DNA from: Candidatus Latescibacterota bacterium
GTDB taxonomy: Bacteria > Latescibacterota > UBA2968 > UBA8231
Direction of reading: 5' to 3'
DNA length: 64,000 bases
NCBI GenBank assembly: GCA_965242865.1
Contig: CBDETK010000013.1
Coordinates: forward strand, 1,088,001-1,152,000
Both the position numbers and the translations under genes were made by a program. Positions within the stretch are counted from its first letter, which is position 1. Each line of letters opens with the position of its first letter. Below the pieces are notes generated by a model, which made no database searches, had not been told where the DNA came from, and saw only the letters and a program-made list of their open reading frames with translations. This document shows positions 19,402-27,478 of this stretch, in pieces.

Positions 19402-20733
19402 ATGGCTACATCTGACACCAGCGATGCGGTGCTGCTCCTAACGGCGCACCTTTCCCGCTCTGAGGACAGCGAAGCAAAGCCCTTAACGACGGAGGAATGG
19501 GGAGCGTTTGCGAGTTGGCTCAAGAAACAGAATGCAGCCCCAGAGCACCTCTTAGCGCACGCGGAGGACGTCTTGAGAGGCTGGTTCAACCCTAAGATAA
19601 CTACCGAGCGGATCAAGAGGCTGCTAGGCCGCGGCAGTGCCTTGGGGCTTGCCAAGGATAGGTGGGCGCAAGCTGGCTTGTGGTGGTTGACGAGGGCCGA
19701 CGAGGATTATCCAGCCCGCCTAAAGAAGCGGCTCGGCCAAGCATCCCCTGCGGTGCTGTATGGCTGTGGTCGCCGAACGCTGCTGGGAGCTGGAGGAATC
19801 GCGGTCGTCGGCTCTCGAGCGGCCTCGGAGAACGATCTTGCTTGGACCGCGGCGTTCGGCGGAGCCGTGGCTGATGCCGGTTGCTCCGTCGTATCGGGCG
19901 GAGCGAGGGGGGTTGACCGAGCCGCGATGTTTGGGGCATTGGATAAGGGAGGCACGGTTGTCGGCATTCTTGCGGACAGCCTGCTACGCGCGTCGTCGAG
20001 CAAGATGTACCGGCCCCATCTTCGGTCTCAGGATCTGGTGCTCGTCTCGCCATTCCACCCCGAGGCAGGCTTCACCGTCGGCAGGGCTATGCAGAGGAAT
20101 CGGTACATCTACTGCCTGTCTGACAAAGCGTTGGTGGTTCATTCCGGCATAAAAGGCGGCACTTGGGAAGGTGCTATCGAAAACATCAAGAGACAATGGG
20201 TGCCGCTCTGGGTCCGCCAAGACAGCGATGGTTCCCTTGGCAATGCGGCTCTTTTAAGCGTCCATCACGCACAAGGTCCCCCGCAGGAGGTAATCGAGCG
20301 GCTTGGTGCCTCGGATCAACCATCGGAGTCCAGTACAGTGCCTATCCAGCACCGGACCGCGGATCAATCAGCCACCTCATCAGGGCAGCGAGAGGACGGC
20401 TCCTTGGCCCCGGACACCGCACGGACCGCAATAGAGACCGCTCCTTCCGGTCCCGGCAACGGCTCGGAACAGTCCGATCCCCTTAGCCCACAGGCACCGT
20501 CTGGCACACCTGACCTATACGGGTACTTCATTCAGACACTTCAAGAACGGCTTGCAACCGGAAACGGGTCGGTCGAAAAATCAGAATTGGAACGCCACTA
20601 TGGCCTTGTAAAGGGTCAGGTCCACATTTGGATGAAGAGGGCGGTCGCGGAAGGAGTGGTCGTCGTGAAGTCTCGGCCAGTGCGTTTTGAGCTGCCCGAG
20701 CAAAAGGAGGAACAGCTATCCTTTTCGATTTAA
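19402..20733 (+). CDS. dprA: DprA/SMF-like (SLOG) protein with long linker and C-terminal wHTH-like domain
   Basis: YPARLK, AVVGSR, VSGGARGVD, AMQRNRYI, GGTWEGA. Confidence 0.85.
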   Translation: MATSDTSDAVLLLTAHLSRSEDSEAKPLTTEEWGAFASWLKKQNAAPEHLLAHAEDVLRGWFNPKITTERIKRLLGRGSALGLAKDRWAQAGLWWLTRADEDYPARLKKRLGQASPAVLYGCGRRTLLGAGGIAVVGSRAASENDLAWTAAFGGAVADAGCSVVSGGARGVDRAAMFGALDKGGTVVGILADSLLRASSSKMYRPHLRSQDLVLVSPFHPEAGFTVGRAMQRNRYIYCLSDKALVVHSGIKGGTWEGAIENIKRQWVPLWVRQDSDGSLGNAALLSVHHAQGPPQEVIERLGASDQPSESSTVPIQHRTADQSATSSGQREDGSLAPDTARTAIETAPSGPGNGSEQSDPLSPQAPSGTPDLYGYFIQTLQERLATGNGSVEKSELERHYGLVKGQVHIWMKRAVAEGVVVVKSRPVRFELPEQKEEQLSFSI

Positions 20734-20874
20734 GAAGCGGTCTGCTCCGCAAATCCTACCTTGGGTCGTTTTGAACAAGCCGTAGAGGCGGTCGCCGTCC
20801 TTCCCACTCGGCCTTAGCCCGTTCTGCCGCGTCGCCTCAAGGCCATGCCAGCCGAGCAGGTGAACCTTCCATGC

Positions 20875-22524
20875 CTACCAAATACCCAGCGCGAGGCGAT
20901 ATGGATACTCCAACCCCGTGGCGATGAAGTCTTCGACCATTATTGTGCCATCCAAGTTGGCCCGCTGAATTTTACCCGAGCCCCAGTCCGCCCAGTATAT
21001 CTTTCCACGCGCCGCATCCACTGCGAGGCCCCATGGCGTCGTCACCCCCGTGGCGATGAAGTCTTCGACCATTATTGTGCCATCCAAGTTGGCCCGCTGA
21101 ATTTTACCCGGGCCCGGATGCACCCAGGTCACCCAGTATATCTTTCTGTTCACCAAATCCAGCGCGAGGCCCGATGCATTATTCAATCCCGTGATGAGGT
21201 CTTGGTCCTCTGAGCCATCCAACTTGGCATACCGAATCTTATTCAAGCTCCAGTCCGTCCAGTATATCTTTCCGCCCACCACATCCAGCGCGATGCTCTG
21301 TGGCGTACCCAATCCCATGGTGACGATGTTTTGGCGTTCTGAGCCATCCAAGTTGGCACGCCCAATATGATCCGGGCTGCCCCCGTCCGTCCAGTATATC
21401 TTTCTGTTCACCGAATCCACCGCGATGCCATTTGGACTATCCAATCCCATGGTGATGATGTCTCGGCGGTCTGAGCCATCCAAGTTGGCACGCCCAATCG
21501 TACCCGGGTCGCCGTTCGTCCAGTATATCTTTCCGCGCACCACATCCAGCGCGATGTCATTTGGAACACCCAATCCCGTAAGGAAGTCTTGGCGGCCTGA
21601 GTCATCCAAGTTGACACGCCCAATCTTACCCGTGCCCAGGCCAAGGTTAAGGTCCGTCCAGTATAGGGCGGGCACTGGTTCCGGTTCCGGCGGCTCTGGA
21701 TAGACTTGGACGGTTTCGACGCGGGGGTATTTTTCTAGTACCGCTTCGACGCGGAGGCCGCTTGTTATCGCGGCGGCGAGTTGTTGGTTGGCCGCGTGCT
21801 GGCTAAGGGCGTTTTCCATCACGCCCAGCCATTGCAGGTTGGTCAGGCTGGCCAAGGGACTCACGTCCGCAATGTCGTTGTCACCTAGATTGAGAAATTG
21901 CAGCTTGATTAGGCCCGCTAACGGCTGCACATCCGTAATTTCATTGCCCCACATATCCAACGTGCGCAAGCGGATCAGGCTGGCCAGCGGACTCGCATCC
22001 GCCACCTTGTTGCCCCACAGCGACAACGTTTGCAGGTTGGTCAAGCGGGCCAACGGCTGCACGTCGGTAATCGCGTTGCCTCGCAGATACAACGTTGTCA
22101 GGGCCGTTGCGTGTTCAAGGCCGGCCACGCTCTCAATGTTTTTATAACTCGCGTCAAGTTCGGTTAGGGTCGCCAAGTCCGCCGGGGTAATCGGCCCTTG
22201 TGGGCGGTCCAACGCTTCCCGTACCGCTCGCTCCAGATTGGCGTCGGCAAACTCCACGGCAGCCGATTGGGTGCTATCGGCGTCGGCGTCGGTCTGGGTG
22301 CTATCGGCGTCGGCGTCGGTCTGAGTGGTGTCAGGGCTTTCAGGGGCGGGCAGCCCGTCGGTAGCAGTGTAGGCGTCGTCGCCCAAGAACTCGCACAAGG
22401 AACAGGTGGCTTTGCCCGCCGGCCGAGAGGCCACCGGCGCGGAGTCTGAGCAGCCCGTCCAAGCCCCGACGATGCCCAAAAGGACGAACGCAAACAGGGT
22501 TTTGAGAGATTTCAACGAAAGCAT
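20875..22524 (-). CDS. LRR + YWTD (LDL-receptor class B) beta-propeller lipoprotein
   Basis: Lipobox-like AWTGC; internalin LRRs; six YWTD-type repeats (LYWTD, IYWTN, IYWTD, IYWTD, IYWVT, IYWAD) with RANLDG. Confidence 0.9.
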   Translation of the reverse strand: MLSLKSLKTLFAFVLLGIVGAWTGCSDSAPVASRPAGKATCSLCEFLGDDAYTATDGLPAPESPDTTQTDADADSTQTDADADSTQSAAVEFADANLERAVREALDRPQGPITPADLATLTELDASYKNIESVAGLEHATALTTLYLRGNAITDVQPLARLTNLQTLSLWGNKVADASPLASLIRLRTLDMWGNEITDVQPLAGLIKLQFLNLGDNDIADVSPLASLTNLQWLGVMENALSQHAANQQLAAAITSGLRVEAVLEKYPRVETVQVYPEPPEPEPVPALYWTDLNLGLGTGKIGRVNLDDSGRQDFLTGLGVPNDIALDVVRGKIYWTNGDPGTIGRANLDGSDRRDIITMGLDSPNGIAVDSVNRKIYWTDGGSPDHIGRANLDGSERQNIVTMGLGTPQSIALDVVGGKIYWTDWSLNKIRYAKLDGSEDQDLITGLNNASGLALDLVNRKIYWVTWVHPGPGKIQRANLDGTIMVEDFIATGVTTPWGLAVDAARGKIYWADWGSGKIQRANLDGTIMVEDFIATGLEYPYRLALGIW

Positions 22525-22601
22525 TTTTTGCTCCTTTGTATGGTTGGGGAAGAAATGGTATGGAGGTGTGGAAGAGGGGCAGGACGCCCCGAAAGAGGCA
22601 G

Positions 22602-22621
22602 AGTTAGCCCTAGGGCTAACT
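22602..22621. promoter_or_regulatory. Perfect 20-bp palindrome, candidate operator
   Basis: AGTTAGCCCTAGGGCTAACT, about 78 bp upstream of the LRR-YWTD start. Confidence 0.45.
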
Positions 22622-22886
22622 TGGAGTGCTCAGGACGCGCCCCTTGCTGTGGGTACGCCTTTGCTAGTGTTCTCGCGGTGTCTGGAGCGAAGAGATTCCG
22701 CCCTCGGTCCTTGGCAGACAGCTTGCGGGGGTGGTGCAGTAAACGGGGATCAGCATAAAGGCCGCACGGTAGCGTGCGCTTGGGGTCGTGCGGCCAGACC
22801 GACGCGCCGCCCAACAGCCGCACACGAGCCGTCGGCCTATGCTGAGAAGTGGAGCGTTTAGTGCTTGGTGCTAGCGGATAATTTTC

Positions 22887-22906
22887 GGGGGGGGGGGGGG
22901 GGGGGG
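22887..22906. repeat. G20 homopolymer
   Basis: 20 consecutive G. Confidence 0.9.
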
Positions 22907-22931
22907 TAAGTCGTTGTTTTTCAAGGACTTA
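22907..22931. promoter_or_regulatory. TAAGTC-N13-GACTTA palindrome (inverted IHF-like sites)
   Basis: TAAGTCGTTGTTTTTCAAGGACTTA; related copy at 41388. Confidence 0.45.
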
Positions 22932-23064
22932 CGACACATTAAATTTGACGACGATTCCAAGCACCCAACAGGGTTTTGCCCCATAGCAAGGCCCCTGCCT
23001 GATGTGAAATGCTTAACCATCGTCTCGTTCATTACGTCAACCGATCGTGCCAAATTTGCCGCTG

Positions 23065-23165
23065 TAACGGGCAGGCACGGGGGCCTGCCCCAACGGGATT
23101 CTAACGGGCAGGCACGGGGGCCTGCCCCAACGGGATTCTAACGGGCAGGCACGGGGGGCCGCCCC
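23065..23165. repeat. Tandem 37-bp REP-like hairpin units (2 full, 1 partial)
   Basis: TAACGGGCAGGCACGGGGGCCTGCCCCAACGGGATTC twice plus a partial copy; internal GGGCAGGC/GCCTGCCC stem. Confidence 0.85.
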
Positions 23166-23323
23166 TGATTTCGGTTATTTGCCGTCGGGCCATAATTAAA
23201 AGCCTAAACACAGAAGCCGCAATCTGCTTACTTCTAAGAAGCATATAGTTTTCAGACAACTTCTAACGATACACGCCTGAGATACTCGGCCTCCTGTTTT
23301 TCGTATGTGAAGCAACGTTCGCG

Positions 23324-24547
23324 CTACCGTCTTGGGCTCCGCCAATAGGTTAGTTCCCGCCAACTCCATTCCAACGGGCCGTACCGGAAACGCCTCAGTA
23401 CCAGCGGCGACCACCAGAGCTGGATGCCCCACACAGCGAAGACAACAATGGCCTGTTGCCAGCGGTCAACGCGCCCGAATAACCCAAATCCATGCCCATA
23501 AAAAATAGTCGTGCAGATCAGGGTTTGCGCGATGTAATTGGTAAACGCCATCCGACCCGTAGCGGCCAAGCGCATCTGTAACGCCGAGAACCATCGGCGT
23601 CGAACCGCCAGCATCGCGAGGCCAACGTATCCAAACGCCATAGCGAGGCTGCCCCAATAGCTGAACTGCGACCCCAGAAACATTGAACGCTCCCAACTCC
23701 ACCCGACCGCAAAATTCCACCATGCACCCGCAGCAACGACCGGTACACTAACACCGAACCCGATGAGCGCGAGCCTGCGATAGAATACAGCGCTTCGGGC
23801 CGCGCTCAGGATTTGCCAGCGGTAGAGGGCCATGCCCAGCAGCATGAGGCCCGCGGACTGCCAGAGAAGCCTGATTGGCAGGGCCATCGTGTGCATGGCC
23901 AGCGTATCCGTGCTCCGCTGCGCCTGCTGGGTGAACCATCCGCCGCGGTACGCGAGCAACTCCGCATCAATTTTGGCCGCGTCCGGCGCCCAAAACGCTA
24001 TGATTTCCGCGGCGTCCTTATCGGAGATAAACTCCGTTGTCATGCCTGTTGCGGTGTAGAGAATGCTCGCCACTGAAAAGACCGCGAGGCCGCTGACCAC
24101 CAAGGTGCGCGGCGAGCGGTTGCGCAACAAAAAGAGGACGGAGCCGCAAAGCGCGTACGTGACTAATATATCGCCCGACCACAGGAAATAGGCATGTACC
24201 AGGCCGAAGAGGAGCAGACAGAACATGCGCCGGTAGTGCAAGCCGGCCGAGCGACCGCTGCGAGCCTCTACGCGATCGGCAAACAAGCAGATGCCCGCCC
24301 CAAAAAGAAGCGAGAACATCGACAAAAACTTCTGATCGACGAACAGGTAGCTAACCAGCCAGACAAAAAAGTTGATACCGCTGAGATCGCCATATACCGT
24401 GGGGTTAAAATACGCGGCCAAAGGCATTGCAAACGCCTGGATGTTCATAACCAGTATGCCAAGCACGGCGAAGCCGCGGAGCACATCCAAGCTCGCGATG
24501 CGATCCGAGGCCGCAACTGGACTGTTTAGCTCGCGTTTGTGGTACAT
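23324..24547 (-). CDS. DUF418 (YeiB-like) membrane protein
   Basis: RIASLDVLRGFAVLGI, FSLLFGAG, GDIL, GRMAFTNY, GPLEW. Confidence 0.9.
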   Translation of the reverse strand: MYHKRELNSPVAASDRIASLDVLRGFAVLGILVMNIQAFAMPLAAYFNPTVYGDLSGINFFVWLVSYLFVDQKFLSMFSLLFGAGICLFADRVEARSGRSAGLHYRRMFCLLLFGLVHAYFLWSGDILVTYALCGSVLFLLRNRSPRTLVVSGLAVFSVASILYTATGMTTEFISDKDAAEIIAFWAPDAAKIDAELLAYRGGWFTQQAQRSTDTLAMHTMALPIRLLWQSAGLMLLGMALYRWQILSAARSAVFYRRLALIGFGVSVPVVAAGAWWNFAVGWSWERSMFLGSQFSYWGSLAMAFGYVGLAMLAVRRRWFSALQMRLAATGRMAFTNYIAQTLICTTIFYGHGFGLFGRVDRWQQAIVVFAVWGIQLWWSPLVLRRFRYGPLEWSWRELTYWRSPRR

Positions 24548-24585
24548 ACATCCTCTTTGAAGCGGGTAAAAATACCTTAGGACGG

Positions 24586-25782
24586 CTATATCACGCCCTC
24601 AGCCCGCAACCCCTCCAACTCCCCGACCGTCAGCCCCAAGACGCCGCTCAAGACCTCCTCGGTGTGCTGCCCCAGCAAGGGGGCTGGCCCGCGCAACTGG
24701 ACCGGCGTCGCGGAAAACCGCAGCGGCGAATTGGCCACCACCTGCCGGCCGGCGACCGGATGCTCCAGCTCGACGATCATCTCCCGCGCCGCTACCTGCT
24801 CGTCGCCAAAGACCTGTTCCACATCGCACAACGGCCCGCTCGGGACGCCCGCCGCCGCGAGGAGGGCGCACCATTCATCCACCGTCTTCTCGGCCAGCAC
24901 CTCTTCCAACACCGGCTCCAAGGCCGCGTGGTTTTCGGTGCGAAGCGCGTTGTTGGCAAAGCGCGGGTCGTCGGCCAACGCGCCCAAGCCCAAGGCGTCG
25001 CAGAGCCGACGCCAGAGCCGGTCGTTGCCCGCGGCCACGACGATGTACCCATCGCGGGCGGCAAAGAACTGGAACGGGGTAATGGCCGGATGCCGCGACC
25101 CGAGCGGCTGGGGCACTTCGCCGGATACGGCGTAGCGGGCGAGGGCGTTTTCCAACAGGGCCACCTGACAGTCGAGCATGGAAATATCGACCTGCTGCCC
25201 CTCGCCCGTGCGCCGCGCCCGCTCTAAGGCCGCGAGAATGCCAATGGCCCCAAAGAGCGCCGCGCTCAAATCGGCAATCGACGAGCCGACCCGCACCGGC
25301 GGCCCAGCGGGCTGCCCGGTGATGCTGGCCAGCCCCCCCATCGCCTGAATGAGCACATCGTATGCGGGCCGCTGGGCGTACGGGCCGGTCTGACCAAACC
25401 CGGAAATCGACGCATGCACCAAGCGCGGATACAGCGCGTGGAGGGCGGCGTACCCCAACCCAAAGCGCTCCATGCTGCCGGGGCGAAAGTTCTCGATCAA
25501 CACGTCGCACTCGCCGGCCAAACGCCGCGCCAAATCCTGACCCCGCGCCTGTCGCAGATCGATCGTCGCGCTCTTCTTGCCGCGATTGACGCTGGCAAAG
25601 TACGCGCTCTCGCCGTTTTGGAACGGCCCGAACCCCCGCGCCTCGTCGCCGGCGCCCGGCAGCTCGATCTTGATCACTTCTGCGCCCAAATCGGCCAACA
25701 CCATAGACGCGTACGGCCCGGCCAACACCCGCGTCAAGTCGAGCACCCGCACGCCGGCCAGCAAAGATTCCAGCTCAATCAT
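24586..25782 (-). CDS. CaiB/BaiF family III CoA-transferase
   Basis: RVLDLTRVLAGP, DLGAEVIKIE, NRGKKS, ENFRPG, catalytic D in IADL, APLLGQHT. Confidence 0.92.
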   Translation of the reverse strand: MIELESLLAGVRVLDLTRVLAGPYASMVLADLGAEVIKIELPGAGDEARGFGPFQNGESAYFASVNRGKKSATIDLRQARGQDLARRLAGECDVLIENFRPGSMERFGLGYAALHALYPRLVHASISGFGQTGPYAQRPAYDVLIQAMGGLASITGQPAGPPVRVGSSIADLSAALFGAIGILAALERARRTGEGQQVDISMLDCQVALLENALARYAVSGEVPQPLGSRHPAITPFQFFAARDGYIVVAAGNDRLWRRLCDALGLGALADDPRFANNALRTENHAALEPVLEEVLAEKTVDEWCALLAAAGVPSGPLCDVEQVFGDEQVAAREMIVELEHPVAGRQVVANSPLRFSATPVQLRGPAPLLGQHTEEVLSGVLGLTVGELEGLRAEGVI

Positions 25783-25783
25783 C

Positions 25784-27478
25784 TCAACCTCCTCGCGGGG
25801 CGGCGAGCAAACCGGCCCCTTCCCCGGGCACGGCCGCCGCCAGCGCCGGCTCATACCCCAGCTCCGCCCGCAGCAGGTCGGCAAATGCGGCCCGGCGGTC
25901 CCCATCAATGAACGCCCGGTGGACCAACCCGCCGATATTGCCGCCCCAGCCAGCCCCCAGCCGCTGCACCGCCCCGGCCGTGGGGCCTTCGGCCGCGAAA
26001 AACCGATTGACGGCCCGCACCCTGCGGTCGTAGGCCGGCGTCATCCGGCCGTAGCCGCCCGGCAAAAAGCGCAGCTCGGCCCGCGCTTGCCCGCGCTCGG
26101 CCTGCTCGGCGCGCCGCGCCAACACCTCGTCTTCGACTTCTCGGTCCAAATCGCCCGCGTGCGAAATGCGGATCAGCTCCAAGGCCCGGGCCATGTCGCC
26201 CGCGGCGAGGGATGCCAGCATCCCGGCCACCCGGTCCTGCTCGGCCAAGCCATACACGCAGCGCCGCCGCAGAAACAAGGGCGTGTCCGCGGCGAGGTGC
26301 TGGAACTTGCCGGCGATCTCGCGCTGGCACATGGCGTCAAAACACGCCCCAACGCCAGCGGCCCGCGCTTCGGCCGCCAACTGCGCCAGACTGGTCTGCC
26401 GCGGGAGTTGGCCCAAAACCCGGTACAACTCGGCCAGCGACAGGCCCAGCCGCTCGGGGGTGAGGTCCCGGATATAGCGCACGGCGCGGCTTTGGCCCAG
26501 CCGCGGCAAAATCAGCGCCCGGGCGACAAACGCGCCGAGCGGATAGGCAATGACCGTCTCTTCCTTGACGGCTTCGTCGTATTCGCGGGCAACCCCGCTG
26601 TCGAGCACGATGGCGGCGTATTCATCGGGCAAGGCGGCCTCCCCTTGCGCCCGGGCCGGAAAGACCCCGACGCCGACTAGCTTGCCCGCTCGGCCCAAGA
26701 TCATCCCGCCGTGGTCGGCCGTGCCGCCGCGCGTGCCGCGCATCCACTCGGAGGTGCCCAGCCCATCGATCCAGTCCGCTTCGGGCAGGTCGCGGCGCGG
26801 CGTCAAGCCGTGAACCCCCAACGCCGCCAGCGCCGTCGCCACGACCAAGGCCGAGGACGAGCTCATGCCTCCGCTGGGCGACACATTGCTCCACACCAGC
26901 CCGTCGAAGCCGCCCCAAGCCACGCGACCGCGGAAATAACTCTCCAAATACACGAGCTGCCCCTCAACGAGCACCGACCAGTTGCCGGCCAAGGCGCGCC
27001 CCGTGTGTTCTAGCCGCTGGCGGCACACTTGACCGGCGTAGGCCATCAGCGCCGGCCGCTCGGCCACGCGGGCCTTGGGCAAAATCGTCCCCAAATCGAG
27101 CTCCAGCGGCGCGAAGCGATCCACCGGCTCGCCCGGACAGCGCAGGAAGCTGGCGAGCCGCACCCGCCGGTTAGGGGCCGCCCGCGCCACCACCAACGTA
27201 TCCGCGCCGCGCACGGCCATCCGCACCGAGGGCATGCCGCCGTAGTCAATGTGCATACCCATGACGTTGATCTGCCCGGGGCAGCGCACCACGACCAAGC
27301 CCCCTCCTCGGCCGTACCGAGCGGCAAAGTGCCGCAGGGCCTCCAAGTAATTGGCTCGCCAAGCCGCCACCTGCTCCCGGCCGTAGAGCCGTGCGAACTC
27401 GCGGTCGAAGCGGCCCTGCTCAAGGGCGGCCTGCCACTGGCCTAGACTCGCTGTATAGGGATTGTTAGAGCGCACCAT
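25784..27478 (-). CDS. Divergent GHMP kinase (galactokinase-like)
   Basis: PGQINVMGMHIDY, SPSGGMSSSSA (GHMP motif II), GGTADH, GAGWGG. Confidence 0.75.
   Translation of the reverse strand: MVRSNNPYTASLGQWQAALEQGRFDREFARLYGREQVAAWRANYLEALRHFAARYGRGGGLVVVRCPGQINVMGMHIDYGGMPSVRMAVRGADTLVVARAAPNRRVRLASFLRCPGEPVDRFAPLELDLGTILPKARVAERPALMAYAGQVCRQRLEHTGRALAGNWSVLVEGQLVYLESYFRGRVAWGGFDGLVWSNVSPSGGMSSSSALVVATALAALGVHGLTPRRDLPEADWIDGLGTSEWMRGTRGGTADHGGMILGRAGKLVGVGVFPARAQGEAALPDEYAAIVLDSGVAREYDEAVKEETVIAYPLGAFVARALILPRLGQSRAVRYIRDLTPERLGLSLAELYRVLGQLPRQTSLAQLAAEARAAGVGACFDAMCQREIAGKFQHLAADTPLFLRRRCVYGLAEQDRVAGMLASLAAGDMARALELIRISHAGDLDREVEDEVLARRAEQAERGQARAELRFLPGGYGRMTPAYDRRVRAVNRFFAAEGPTAGAVQRLGAGWGGNIGGLVHRAFIDGDRRAAFADLLRAELGYEPALAAAVPGEGAGLLAAPRGG

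Noticed and set aside
23065-23165. Possible CRISPR array
   Set aside because: Units are head-to-tail identical with no unique spacers, and no cas genes are present.
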